Of a DNA stretch of 64,000 nt, positions 39,583-54,400 are shown piece after piece; the stretch's first letter is position 1; each line of letters opens with the position of its first letter. Source of the stretch: Paragordius varius (taxonomy: Eukaryota; Animalia; Nematomorpha); assembly GCA_964247055.1 (NCBI GenBank), contig OZ176051.1, forward strand, positions 14,384,001 to 14,448,000, in the 5' to 3' direction. A model generated the notes under the pieces. The model saw nothing but the letters and a program-made list of their open reading frames with translations. It was not told the origin of the DNA and did not search any database. The position numbers and the translations under genes were made by a program.

Positions 39583-40283
39583 TACTGTGGGCAAAAAAGA
39601 GGGTAAATTTTTTTTAACATTTTTTTCATGAGATAGCTTATGACCAGCGAATTCATTTGCGCAAACATTTTAATTTGTTGAAGACTTAATTTTTGAAATA
39701 TTGAGGGAAATCGAAATCGGGCAAAAGTGAAAATTTAGTCAAAAAATAATGATAAAAGTTGAGATGTTATGGTTTATTATCATTTTAGGAGATATTTTCA
39801 ATATATTAATAGCCTAAAATGATATAGTTTAGGTTTGTAAAATATTATTTAAAAAGATGGCGTTTTTTAACTTTAAATCGAAAACTACACTAAAATATTT
39901 GTTTTTATAATTATTTACTTAATAAATAAACTATTAAAATCCTATAATTTATTTAGTAAACTTATATATTAAAATAAACCTAAAAAATATTGTTTTTATT
40001 TTTACATCTTTTTCATTAGGTTTATGAGAGTATAAAAAATTTATACTGTTTTATTTTGGGACGTTACATTGGGAAGTATAAAATATATAATTTATGCAAA
40101 ACAGGATTTAAAAGTATAAAATATCAACCAACATTCCGTAAAAATACCATTAAAATATTAATTTGTGTTAAAACAAACCCGTTACAGAGATGTATATGGA
40201 TTGTTGGTTTTAAGGCAAATGATTTCGCAGGTATAAGATACATGAAAAACAAATTATTTTGTTAAAAAAATTTGCACCCAGTT
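39583..40283 (+). mobile_element. Non-autonomous CACTG-terminus (Chapaev3-like) MITE
   Basis: Starts ACTGTGGGCAAAAAAGAGGG after a (TA)n run, ends TTTGCACCCAGT. Internal sequence is co-linear with the reverse complement of 31781-32375. Confidence 0.62.
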
Positions 40284-43200
40284 TATATATACATATACAA
40301 TATAGTTATCTCGAAGTTATTTATCAAAAATATTCTGAAAACACTGTAGTCCTTAAATTTTTCATTTAACAAAAATTGAATAAACCTAAACAATATATAT
40401 GGGCAATTTTTTTCATATAAATTATATTATATCTAATAGATAAAACTATGATGCTTTCTACACCATTATGGGCCCATCCCTCTCAATTTGATAGCAATGT
40501 TAACTTATTGCAAAGTGTATTATCCGAAGGCAGTCAGAGTATGACAATGTACGTTTTTATCAACCCCATATATGGCAAGCATCCTCCCAATCCAATTGAC
40601 AAAAGAGTCGGTTATTAATTATTTGTCCTTTTTTAAAATTATATTAAACTCAATTTTTCGTAAAACCTTTAATAATTACAATGAAGATATATTCATGGAA
40701 TTTTAGGTGATTGATAAAATGCAGCAACTCTTGCGAAAAAAACATGGGATGGCATGGCACAATTAAAAGATTATAATATTAAGTTTTGATACATTGTTTC
40801 ATTTAATGCATGCAACCTATTTTGTCGGAAAAATAACGCAAAATAGTTTTAGCATTTGAAAATAATTTTGATTGTCTTCCTACAATTTACCAATCATTTT
40901 ATGTTTAGTTGAAAATTGTTAAAGTTCCGGCCCGCAAGATCTATGTCAGGATGTATTCTGGACCGTATGGAACTGAAGTTTTTCTTGTCAAAGGCAAAGA
41001 GTTTTTGAACATTTTGAGGTTAAACAATCAAAAATTACCCAACAGCTTTCGATTCAGCCTTTACAACATGTAAGCAAGCATATATTTTTTAAACATTTTA
41101 TTTGGATTTTGGCATTTTTTTAACACAGTTTCCAAAAATGAGGGTTAATTTCATATCCGATTTTTTTACGTATATATTATTCCTTATGATGTAATTAATT
41201 CTAAGTAAAATTAATATATTGTTTCGAGAGTTTTTGAATACAACTACACAAATACAAAAACTTAGACTTAATAATTAAATAGTGTTTTTAATTATCTTAT
41301 TCTTTAGATATACTAATAAAATTTTTCCTTAATAAAACAATGCTATCATGTTTACGCCCCACTAAATTTAAAATAAAAATTCTGGCGTCCCCCTCCCAAA
41401 AAATTCAAGATAAAAACTAAAATATATTATAATATTAATAAAATTTTAATCAACGTCTTTTGGTCATTAATAACTTTAATAACTTTCTATTTACATTGTT
41501 AAAATATTAATAAACATCCATAATTATATGGTTTTGTGGGTTATCTATTGCATTTTTTTGTTAATAACCTTAATTATTTGATATTGTTTGATTGTAAATT
41601 ATCGAAACAAGTAAATGAAAAATATTATTTTTAATTATTTGTAAATATATATATATAATAAATAATCAAGTTAATAATAAGAAGCTAGATGAATATATAC
41701 ATATAATCCCGAACTTAAAAAGTGTAAAGCTAACTTTAAGACGTCGCTACTTTATATGTGCATTTAGATTTGAGAAAGAAAGAGGGCAATTTTTGGGTTA
41801 CCATAGAGAACTCTGGGTCCCAGTCGACAAACGGCAGCATAAACCATTTTGTTAATAATAAAAATTGTCTACATATTTAATAATAATATATAAATATATA
41901 TATTCTAAATTATGTATGATATGGCATGGTGGCTTTTGTTTTGGGTCTTATGTGTGATTTATACAGGAGCAAAATTTGTGCACAATTTGTTTTACAAATA
42001 TTTTTTTAGCAAAGGCTAAACACTTTATTCCAAATGAATATCATAAAATATATTATAAACTATATTTATGCACATAAAAGAAAATGTATCAAAAAAATGC
42101 AGCCGTTGTTTTAAAATAAATCTTAAAGCGTATTTTGATATTTTTGAGCATGGTGGTCATTCTAACAATTTCTACACATTCTTCCCTAATTAATTTGTGT
42201 TTTTCAATTTTTTTGATTAATTGACAAAAGTTAAATAACCATGCAAATTTAACCTAAACAATCTGTTTTGAGGTAAACGATATATTCAAAATCAACAAAT
42301 TACACATGAAAGAGCGTTTAAGCAATTATTGAAAAAAATTTTACTTAACTGAAAATTCAACAACAAATAATAATAACAATAGTATAAATACATTGGTTTT
42401 TTTATCTTTATGATATAATAAAAGATATTTTTAAGTCTAATTTATTTCTTTTATAGACAAATAAGTAATTCATTAAAATTTTGACCGATATGGGTTATTA
42501 CATATGCACTTAAATGCAAACAAATATGTAGTATAGTACAGAGCCTAACTTGTCAATAATTGTTGTGAAAGTTGTTTTGCTTATAATTTAATCACACTTT
42601 ATCAAGTTTAGGTAGGGAAGCCCATATTTTTATATTATTGTCTTTAAGATTGATATATTTAAAATCCGATTCAGACAAATTCTAAAAGAAAGGTAGGAGA
42701 GCTTTCTAAAGTTGCATTTTTGGACCATATAATGCATGTCCCAATTTACATAATCCATAATGGCGGCGAAAAAATTTGAGACTAAAATTTATTTACATTA
42801 CATTTAGGATTTCTAAATCATGCTACAAAGCTTAAGCTTTTTTACTACTTTAATTGAATCCAAAATTCAGCATGCCTGAAATTCGCTTTGAAAAGATCTG
42901 ATGAAATTAAAACTTACAAAATATGTCAAATAATCAAAAGTATCTATCAGTTTAGTTTTTTAACAAAATACTATTCCGCTAGTTTTTGAGATTTTATGCT
43001 TTTCAAATATTTTTTAAAGACGTCAAAAGGCCTTACAATGTATTTATAAATATGACTTAATCTTATAGAATTAGATTAATATTTATTTACATCGTTTGGG
43101 TAATGAGACAATATAAAATAATTGAGGTTAATTAGGTTATAAACTGGTGAATATTATATTTTGCAGATTTTATTTGATACAGATTTGATAGAGCAATAAA

Positions 43201-43360
43201 GGGATTTTTGTAAGATCTTTATAGGACAATGTGGTAAATATTTTCTTTGTAAAAATTAATTAACACCTTGAAACGAGTGATCTCAACATATCTTATAAGC
43301 AAAAATTTCAGTTAGAGAATACTTAAAACTAATTAATAATTTAAACTAAATAATACCTTA

Positions 43361-46300
43361 TATCGGATATATACGCGCACGCGTTCGACCAATCTGACGC
43401 AACTTCAAAACGAAAAATTCCTAAATAATTATCTATTGTTATCTATTTATTTTCAAAGTTTATTCTATCTTTTATCTCTTATCCTATACTTTATATTTTG
43501 TTATAACATACCTATTCCCATTTTTGTTTTTGGACGTAGGACTTACCGTTGACCTTTTCCTATAATTTGCCTATTAATATTCTCTTGAAATATATAGATT
43601 GTATTCTTGGATAAGTATTGTAGCACTATTTTATTTTATTTTTACTATGACACATAAAATAACCCTTGATTTATATTGTTTTATACATAAATTTTGCTTT
43701 GAATTTTTTAATACGAAATATAATTTACGTTTTTACCTATAGCCTAGGTTTAACATCTATCAATTTGTCATAATTAGTTCGACACTTCAATTTTATTATT
43801 TTTATTTGTTTGTTTAAAGCTGTCAAATGAATATTGATGTGTATAGTAATAACCGGTCAGGCCTGGCCAGCCGCGGTTTTGGTGTTGTGGCCAATAATAC
43901 AAAGAGAATGCAAAGAAAAGCGGGAACCCTGTGTTTTGCTAGTTTAAATGTTGGTTCATTGAAAAGTAAGTTAAATGATATTGTAAGAATAATGAAAGTT
44001 AAACATATTGTGGCATTACAAGAGACTCGTTACCGCGGAAACGGAGCAAGGACTTTGGAAGAGAATTATCGACTATATTACTCAGGTGAAAGTGACGGAC
44101 GAAATGGAGTGGCAATTATCATTAATTGTCAATCAGGTTAAAGAGATTAGACGCTATAACAGCCGAATCATGAATTTAGATATTTTGGTAGGTAACGAGG
44201 TCATAACGGTATTTAGTATATGCCCCGCAAATAGGTTTACCAAAATCGGAAAAGGAGCAATTTTACGATACCCTAGATGAAAAATTAGTCGCTCTCCCTC
44301 AGTTCAGAGTCAAGTTTTTATGTGGGAATTTTAATGGTCATCTAGGTTCAAAAAGGGAATCTTTTGAAATATGGCACGGGGAACATTCTTACGGAGAAAG
44401 AAACTAGGAAGGAATTAATTTGCTTAGATTTGCACAATCTCACAATTTTGCGATAGCGAACACGTTTTTCGAAAAAAGAAAGATTCATCTAGTCACTTTT
44501 AAAAGCGGCATAAACAAATCTCAAATAGATTTTATACTTGTTCCAAGAGACTTATTGAAGCTTGTAATAGACTGTAAGGTCTTGCCAAATTTAGAGGATA
44601 GTTCGCAACATAATTTACTTATTTGTAAATTTTTCGTGAAAGTAAAGTCTAAACAAAGTGGTTAAGAGAATGGGAGAAATTATCCGAAAAAAGGCAGGCT
44701 TTTGTAAAAGAAATACGGTTATCCGAGGATGGTGGGTTAAATGGTGATTGGGATAAAGTAAGTCAGTTAATCAAAAAGGCAGGAACTCTAGTTTGTGGAT
44801 TAAAAGGCGGAAAATCTCAAGTATACAGAGAGGCTTGGCTTTACGATGAAAGAATAATATTGATGTCACGAGAAAAAGGTATGGCTTTTGACAAATGGAG
44901 ACATACAAGGAATGATGATGATAGAGATAAGTATAAAAGTTTAAACAAGGAATTGAAAATTAGTCGGTCAGGTTAAGAAAGAAAAGATGAATTTATTTTA
45001 TGATGAGTTAAATAGTAGGCAAGGTTTAAACAAAGTGTATAAAGTTGCGCAGCAAAGGAATAAACGCAGGATGGATTTGCCAGGTTATGCGACTGCAATA
45101 AAAGGAAAAGATGGAAGCTTGCTGTGCGAAAATGTAGTAATATTAAAAAGATGGAAAGAGTACTTTGTTAGATGAAGGGGTAGGCGAGATATTTTTGCCA
45201 ATTACAGTTGAAGCTACTGATAGACCAATAGAAGCAATTACACAAAAGAAAGTAGAATCCAATTTGTTAGAAATGCCAAACAACAAGGCTGTAGGATCGG
45301 ATGACATAAATATAAATTGTTGGAAAGTGCTTGGAAACTCTGGATTAAATTTTTTGGAGCGTGCATTTAATAAAGTTGTTTCAGCTTATGAAATCCCGGT
45401 TGAATGGAAGGAAAGTTCTGCTGTGCCTTTATTTAAAGGAAAAGGTGATATAAATGAATGTAGTAACTATAGAGGGATAAAACTTATGTCGCACACCATG
45501 AAATTGTTTGAAAAAATAATTGAAAAGCGAATCAGGAAAATGATATCTATAGAAGGAAATTAATTTGGTTTCATGCCAGGAAAGTCAATAGTAGATCCTA
45601 TACATGCGGAGGTTGATTGAAAAACACATTTTAAAAAAGAAAGAATTACACGGGTTTTAATTGATATAGAGAAGGCGTTTGACAGGATTTCTAGAGAAAC
45701 TATTTGGTGGAGTCTCCGTCGTAAAAAGATGCCAAAAAGTTATATTAAGTTGTTACATATAATGTACGAATCACACACCTCCAGGATTAAAACCCCACAA
45801 GGTTAATCAGAGCCCTTTTCAATAAAGCATGGAGTCTACCAAGGCTCATCACTCAGCCTTTTATTGTTTATAATTTGTATGGACGAGGTAGCCAAGGTTG
45901 TTAATGTGAGTTCAGGATGGTACTTAATGTATGCAGATGACATGATCATCTTGTCTGATTCATTAATTGTGTTAAAGCGAACGGTAAACAGATGGGTTGT
46001 TACGCTGGATCAATATGGTCTGAAAGTAAACAAAGCAAAAACCGAACTTATTTTTGGGGGTCCACAATATGAAATGGTAGTTGATGATAGTTGGGTTCTG
46101 AAGGGTAAAGGTTGCAAATATCTGGGAGCTATGTTAAGTGCAGATGGTTCGTTGACTGATGATATTAATTTAAGAAAAAAGAGCAGCTGGGTAAAATGGA
46201 AGAAAATTTCGAGCGTGATATGCGATCGAAATATTGATGTTAGGGTGAAAGGTAAGATTTACAGTTCAGTTGTCCAGCCCTCAATGATGTATAATTCACA

Positions 46301-46710
46301 GACGTGGGGTGTCAAAAAATCCGAAGAAAGTCATTTTAACTTGACTGAAATGAAAATGCTCGGAATGATGTGCGGGGTAACAAGAAAGGACAGAATCGAG
46401 AATAGATTTATTCGTGGGAGCACAGATATTAAACCAATAGTGGAAAGAATGTCAAAAAATAGGCTACGTTGGTTCGGGCACATTGAAAGGAGAGACTCTA
46501 ATTATATTGCAAAAATAATAGATGGTTATATAGTTGAGGGAAAACGAGGACGTGGGTGACCTAAAACAAAATGGATAGATACAGTAAAAAGAGAGCTAGC
46601 AAAATACGAGCTTAATGCAGAGGACGCCATAGATAGAGTTTTATGGCGAGACAGTTTGTATAACATGACCGCTCTCACGAGTTAAAACATGTAATATAAT
46701 AATAATAAAA
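43361..46710 (+). mobile_element. Full-length RTE-clade LINE (APE plus RT), single ORF disrupted by stops and frameshifts
   Basis: 13-bp TSD AAATAATACCTTA at 43348-43360 and 46711-46723. ~470-nt 5' leader. APE motifs LNVGSL, ALQETR, GDFNGH-like and SQIDFIL; RT motifs NYRGIKLMSHTMKLFEK, QGSSLS and YADD; (TAA)n tail. Confidence 0.93.
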
Positions 46711-46868
46711 AAATAATACCTTAGCGCACAAGACAATATTTTATATTTTTGTAATTTTAGAGACATCCCTGTATTAAATAAGCCTTAGAGAATTTAATAA
46801 CGCGTAATTAAATTCAATTTTATATAAACATATAAGATTTGCAAAACATTGAGGTAATCCCTCTAAAC

Positions 46869-49579
46869 CAGGGGTGGCCAACGAGGTGACCGCGGTCACT
46901 TTCGTGACCGCGACAACTCAAAAAGTGACCGCCTGAAAATATTTTTTTTAAAAAAATTTTATTGATTTTTTTCGGATAGTTGGCTACTTCTGAGCGAATT
47001 TAAATTTAAAATACAAAAAAATACGGTTTAAATTAAAAAAAAACGTCTAAGAAAAGGGTGTAAAAAAATTATTTTATTAATTATAATTCATATGTTTTGG
47101 AGCATTTGCATTAAAACTTAAAATCAGTCATTTCCCTTGAATATATCAAAACTTTGAGCAAAGCTTATTCATAAATCAGAAGCATAATCGTGAAGTTAGA
47201 TTTGATTTGATACACCAAAAGTAGGTTTTTAAAACTTATATTTTAGAATGAGCCAAAAAAAGTTGTACAGATACAAGAAAGATTGGGAGCATGAATACTT
47301 TATTATGATAAATGAAACATGCACCTGTCTAATATGCAATAGTACTGTTGCTTTGCCCAAAAAGTCAAATATTGAAAGACATTATAGATCTCTGCATCCA
47401 CATTCCTCCAAAAACTACCCCTTACAAACTCAAGAACGCAACATTAAAGTAAAGGAATTAAAAGAACAATTATCCGCCTCACAAAATAGCATACTTAAAT
47501 ACAACAAAGACTATAAAAATGCTACGATTGCTTCATTCAAGGTAGCGGAAATACTCATTCGGAACAATAAGCCATTCCAAGATGGTGAAATATTTAAAGA
47601 AGCCTTTATTAGCGCTTGTGATATTTTATTTGAAAATTTTGATAACAAAAATAATATTATGACAGCTATTAAAAGCATAAGCTTATCGAGAAATACCGTT
47701 ATGCGCAGGGCTGAAGATATTAGTAATAATCTTGATGAAATTTTACATGAAAATATTAATAACTGTAGTTTTTTTCCTTGTAACTCGATGAGTCCACCGA
47801 TTATGTTGGAATCGCCCAATTATGCATTTTTATTCGTATGATATTTAGTGATTTATCTGCAAAGGAGTCCACGAACGAACCAGAGGGCAGGATATTTTTG
47901 ATTCTTTTTATAAATTTATCACAGATACGAAACTTCCCATCGTAAAACTCGCATCTATAACTACTGATGGAGCTCCAGCTATGATTGGTGTTAACAACGG
48001 CTTTATCGCTTTATGTAAAAATCACAGTGCATTTCCCAAGTTCATTGATTACCATTGTATAATCCATAATCAAGTTTTATGTTCAAAAGTTTTAAAATAC
48101 CATCATGTAATGAACCCCTGTTTTAAAATTGTTAACGCCATTCGAACAAAAAGCTTGTCCCGCCGCCAATTTCGAATTTTGTTAAATGAGTGCGGCGTGG
48201 AATATGGAGAACTTTTATTACATACTGATGTAAGGTGGTTGAGTCGTGCCGCATTTTTAATTAGATTTAGGCAACTTTAACCACAAATAGAAATTTTTTT
48301 AGAGAATTCTAAATTTTCATACCCTGAATTGAAAGATCAAGATTGGCTGCTTGATCTTGCATTTTTATGCGATATCACGGAAAAATTGCATAAATTAAAC
48401 ATCCAATTACAAGGAAAAGATAAAACAATAATGGATATGATGGGTGCTTTAAAATCTTTTAAGGAAACACTAACAGTAGTAGAAACACAATTAACCGAGA
48501 TTTAAAACATTTTTTAAATCTGGCAGCGGTGTTTGAAAAAATAGAGAATCTCTCTTTTGAAAAATATGCAGATGATATTGGTCTGCTTATTAATGATTTT
48601 AAAAAACGATTTTCATCTATAAATAAACTTGAAGACTTCGCTATTTTTTTATCATGCCCATTTAATAATAATAATAATGTTGAATATATTGCTCAAAAAC
48701 TCAGCCACTTTCTTGGTGTACCAAATTTAGCATAGTTGGAAGAGGAATTAATAAATGTTAAATGCGATATCCATCTAAAATCATTAGGATCAGATATATA
48801 TAAATTTATAAATAAAGATAAATACCTCCATATTTGGAAAACCGCTGCATTATTCAATTCGTTTTTTGGATCCACATATTTATGCGAATCGGCTTTTTCA
48901 ATTATGAATGCTATCAAAACTAAACAGAGGTCACAATTAACTAATAAACATTTAGAATCATGTTTGAGAATTGCTTTGACTTCATTTGAACCTAATTTAG
49001 ATAAACTTTCTGAATTTTTTCGCAGTCGGGCGTTTTAAATATTTTTTTCTTTATTAAATATGGATGTTGATCGAGTTGTATTTTCGCTTAGGAAAAAGCC
49101 GATTTACTAAAAAATATGTGGATAGAATTAAAACTGATACAATTTTAATGTACTCTTATTTATGTTCAAATTATGGTTCTAAATTGGAATGCTATTTTTT
49201 ATTTCTTTTATTTTTTGTATCATAATGTATTCTCCCCTGTAATTTCAAATGCATTGTTTAAATTTTTATATTGTAAAATTTCATATAATAGAAATTTAAT
49301 AAATAAATATTTTGAAGTGTTTTATGTTGGTTAAAAAATTAAGGTAGTTAATAACCCGTTGTCTTTCAATTAAAATTATTTTTGTATTTGGTTGATAGAT
49401 AAAAAAATTACAATTTTAAAATGGTTTAAACAAGTCACTCTAATCTGTAAAGCAGGTGTATACATCATTTAAAGTGTTGATTGAGTTTTTTTGATAAATA
49501 TTTCTGGGTGACCGCGAACTCTTTTTTTAACAAAAAAGCCAAAAAAAAGCTCGCGACAAAAAAAGTGTGGCCACCCCTG
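46869..49579 (+). mobile_element. hAT (Buster/SPIN, GTF2IRD2-like) DNA transposon with frameshifted transposase
   Basis: TIRs CAGGGGTGGCCA / TGGCCACCCCTG. Perfect 8-bp TSD CTCTAAAC at 46861-46868 and 49580-49587. Transposase pieces 47248-49038: CLIC zinc finger, DESTD, TTDGAPAM, HCIIH, VRWLSR, GSTYLCESAFS. Confidence 0.95.
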
Positions 49580-50844
49580 CTCTAAACTTATCAATAACTC
49601 GAGAGTTAATTAATTGAATACTCGTTGTGGCAAAGCTTGAGTAGGATAATTTAATTATTGATGATATACCATCTTCACTTCAAGTCTGTCCGTGAACACT
49701 AGTTGGTCTTTGGGCAAAGTCGATCCTTAAACATTTCAAGTTGATCCTTAAACATTTCAAGGTCCTTAAACACTTTAAGTTGGTCCTTTGACTTTTTTGT
49801 TTTGTTTTTGATTAGTATATATTTAATCGTATATCAGCCATCTATTTTATCGTTTTTAACCTATTTTCTATTATTTATATAAATCACTATCAAACTTTTA
49901 TCATTAAGAAACGGTATATCTTTATTAATTTTTTAAAATTATTTCGTTATAAAATTTTAACCCCTAATTTAAAAAATATATGAGTTTTCTGGGTTACTAT
50001 TTATCAACACATTTAAAAGTTAATAATTTTGTTAAATTAGAAAAAATTAATTAAAAATAAAAAAGTGGTTTTTGAATAAAATAATTTTTATTTTTAAATG
50101 TATAAATATATAATAAATAAAGAAAATTAGGTTAAAAATAAAAAAATAAATGCATAAATTATGGTTAAAAAAACATTTACAAACCAAATTGAAATGTTCA
50201 AGGACCAATGAAGTCAAGGACACTCTTGATGTGCAAATGGATATTAAGTTTCACAATTATTTTTGCACAGTTAAACCTCTATAATTTTATTAAATTTAAA
50301 TTGGTTCATAGCTGTCAACCTATATTATTTGTGCCTACGTGATGGTTAATTTTAAACATAATTCTGGCCTTGGGCCAAAAGTGTTTACCCAAGTATACAA
50401 GTTAATTTTACATATTATTGTTAATCAATATTTACATTGGCCCTTTATACTATCATTTTGGATAGAAAAAGTACAATTTTTAATATAAGATGTGTAATAT
50501 AACATTATCATGTTCCACAAAAAAATATTAAAACATCGTACTTTTTAAAAATTTTTTGGTATGATTATCTGCAAATATAAGCTGTGTCCACAAATAATTA
50601 ACCTGTTAAGATACATTCTTATAGATAAATGTATTTGCATTATCATGGTGCTTTCGGCCCTTACTTGTGAAAAAGAAAGTTATTTACATTTTTGTGGTAA
50701 GGGCTTCATATCAAAAAATGGTGAAATTTTCGCACATCTTTAGAAAATAATTTATTATTAACGCTAAATGCTCCGCTAAATCATAAACTACTTATAAAAA
50801 GCAAAACAATATTTTAAAACTGTTTTAATTTTCAGACGTGGCCA

Positions 50845-51495
50845 AAAGTCCCAAATCTTTTTGCTCCTTTATAATGGGCGGGTACTCTTAAAATATATGC
50901 TAAAATGCCGGGATGGTGGGATAGAATAATATATGATAAATTTAAATATCAAGTCAAAATATTTAAAAAAACGCATCCTTTTTCTAAAATTTAATTTTTA
51001 GCAAAATTTTGTTGAAGCGTACTTCATACTCGTTTGAGGCATGTTGGAAACATTATAAAAACGCTTTAATTTTTTATAAAAATACTTTTTCTATATAATT
51101 TAATGATACTGAACATTTGTATCACCTCAGAATTTGAATATTCATTAGTCTTCAAATTTATGTCAAATATATATTGTGTTTTTTATTATAATTCACCAAA
51201 TGAAAGTAAATAAACTTTTATATTAAATTCTGAAGCGTTGAAATCTTAAGCATCAACAAATTGTATAGAAAAGTGTTAATGTAATCTAAAAGCGTTTTAA
51301 TACCGTTTCCATCATGCCTAAAATAGTGTGAAGTACGCTTCAACAAATTTTGCTAAAAAATAAATTTTGAAAAGTAAGCATTCAAGAATAATTTTTTATA
51401 AGTCAAAATGTATTATATATTTAATCGAGCATCTCAGTTTTGAGTTTATAATTGAACTAGCCCATTTTTGGAAAAGAAAAAAAATTTGGGACTTT
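50845..51495. repeat. Palindromic MITE-like element with long imperfect TIRs
   Basis: AAAAGTCCCAAAT at ~50845 pairs with ATTTGGGACTTTT at ~51490; 50960-51070 is the reverse complement of 51285-51380. A related one-arm copy lies at ~20640-20960. Confidence 0.65.
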
Positions 51496-54400
51496 TAGAG
51501 CCCACTCTTAAATTAAAATTTTCCAAAATTTTGTTTTCCTTATTATCAATTTTTAAAAATCCGGCATCAAAATATATAAATATATGATTCTATATAAACC
51601 CTAACAATCAGTTTATTTTTATTAATTGTTATTTTGTAACGAATTTTTTTCGAAATAATATATTTTTTCTGGAGATGATGAATAAAGCGATAATATCCAT
51701 TTTAGCTTTTATAGTTTCCCTTTTAAAAGATTAACTTCGAAAGCTTTATTGCTGAATAGGATTTAGAAAAACTTTACACTACCTCTATTGTTTTCATATA
51801 ATACCCGTAACATTAATACAGTTACAGAGATATGATAGACCTAATCTTTTAAAAAATGGCTGAATATTCTCAAAATAATACTTTTTGAATATTTTGGGAT
51901 TATTGACTACTGACTGAACCTCGATTGGAGAAATTATTTTTTGGCTCTACAAATTGTGATTTTTATCCTCAAAAAATTGTTACTTAGATATTATGATAAG
52001 CCTGGTTTGTTTGTTTACACATTTGCAAAGAAAGTTATCCTAATAACCGCATTTCAAATTTAGTTTCGCGTGAACTGTTCACAAAAAAATATATTAAACA
52101 ATTTCAAAACAATTAAGAAAAGCTATTATTATAATTTAAATATATGTATGGGTCGTCTCCATCTCATATTTATGTGCATAATTTTTGAAATGCATTGGAT
52201 GCATTCAATTATATCCGAATGTTTGAATAAAAAAACGGATATAATCATTAGTAATCAATATTCTCCAAATAAACGCAAAAGAAGATAGGAATATTTCGGA
52301 ATCAAGTCAAGATAGGTTGATTAATGGGGATGCATGCCAGATAACTGTGAAAAAGAAAACGATATGTTTTATATTTTTGTTTTTTAATATTTTTAAATAA
52401 TCCATCTAAACAATGATATCGATTCGGATTCTGCAATTAACTACAAAATATCTTTCTAACCATATATAATTTATTTAACACAAATTAACAATATGAATTT
52501 ATTTAAACATTTGGTTCATAGCAACAATTATTTTCAAAGCTTTTTAGCGGGATTAACTTTATTGATCAACTCATAAACAAGTGTTGTTGTGGTAAAATTG
52601 TTTATTAGCTTTTTTAATTATCAAGTATTATATTTGGAATATGTGTTTCAATAACCATTTGACAACTTATTTTACATTATTCTATGAGGTATTTCAATGA
52701 TAAAATTTTTTTAAAAATCAAGTCACCACAAAATATTAATGGAAAAATATCCTAATCTTGAGGAACGTCATTATCATATTTTATTTATTAAATACATTTA
52801 TAATCATGATGTACCAATTCTGTGAATCAATAAATTTTGTGGTATAAATACTCTAATCAGAGTATACAAAAGTTTATGTGCCCAATTCTAATAATGCCGT
52901 TTTAATTAACCTAAACTTATGATATCGGGTTTCTGCTAATTAATAGATCTGATCAAGTGTTTTAAGAATCTGAGGCAATGTCCATTTTGCTTGAACGCGA
53001 TAAGGGTTGTTATTAGGGATTTTCAGGCTCTGTGTATTAGTGTACTTATAACTCATGTTTTGTGACGGGTGATGATGTTATTAATTATGCGTAGACATTT
53101 GCTAAAAGGATTATAAAAAATTAGTTTTGGACTTGGTTGGATAAGATTGTTTGACAATTCATTATATTTAATACAAAAAGTTAGTGAAAAATATTTAACC
53201 TATATTAACTCAAAATACACTTAATAATTTTTTCTCGCATTCATAGTTAATATAATTATTTATATTTCAAATATATCTATGTTAGGTCAATTTCAACAAA
53301 AATCATTTAAAAAAATCGCGATAAGGTTAAAAACATTTATATTATATCAATGTTGGTAATTTATATATACAAGCAAACGAAAAACGTAATTTATTCCGTT
53401 TCATGCTTTTTAAATTATTTATAATTATAATTATTCGTTTATTTCTTTTTTATTAAATATAAATATATGTTTAATTCAAATTTTGTTATATATTATAATA
53501 AATTGGCAATCGGTCTTAAACCAGAAGTCTAAGTTAAGCCAGATAGCATTAGTATAATTCATTTTACCGTAATAACTGTCGAGCAAGTTGTTTTGAATTA
53601 ATGCAAATATTGACATTTTCTACAAAAATTACGTATCACCCACGATTATAATGCAATGATTTTGAATATATAAAAATTAGGCATTGGTTGTAAAAACTTA
53701 TGGATTTGTTTTTCGTATAAAAAATTAGGCTGGACAAAGTTTATCAATTTTAGGATTATAATTCAGTTGAAATGAATGAATTTTGTTATAAGTAGTCGAA
53801 CCTAAAAATAAAATAAAATTAAAACTTTATTAAATATTATATATTTTTGAGGAAGTTTTGGTTCTTATCCCTGAATTCTAATATGAATCTCAATAAATTA
53901 AAATACTAAATATTTTTTTGTAATACCTGCGATTTAAGATACAGATAGGAGAGCTATTATTGTTCATTTTGATATAAATAAACTTGATTTGGGGCAGTTA
54001 TCTATCCCATAATGATTTAAATTTAAGGTGAAGACCAAATTTAAAAAATGTTTTCTTTAGCCTTGTATGCACATAATACATTTTTTTTAAAAAATAAATT
54101 TGTAAAAATAATTATCTAAAACTTTTTGCCACTATTATTATCCCAGAAGATCCTAAAATTTAACGGGAATCATAATTATCTCGATTCGAAAGCTAAAATA
54201 AAAAACCAATTGATATTGAAGGTAAAGTTTGGTATTTAGATATTCTGATAAAAAAATTTCATAATTTTACAGTGTTAGTGTTGGCCTCACTTATTTAAGA
54301 AGTTATATTCACTTTTATCATTTTAATATTTTTTTTAATATAAAAGCCAATTAAACTCATATCATAATAAACAGATCTTAGATCATTCAATTTACCAAAC

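Noticed and set aside
40450-41850. Short plus-strand coding-like patches with DKR motifs (possible neuropeptide precursor exons)
   Set aside because: No signal peptide or consistent splice model could be built.
52060-52090. GTTTCG plus small hairpin as an eroded hammerhead in the array units
   Set aside because: The complementary TCATCAG core is absent.
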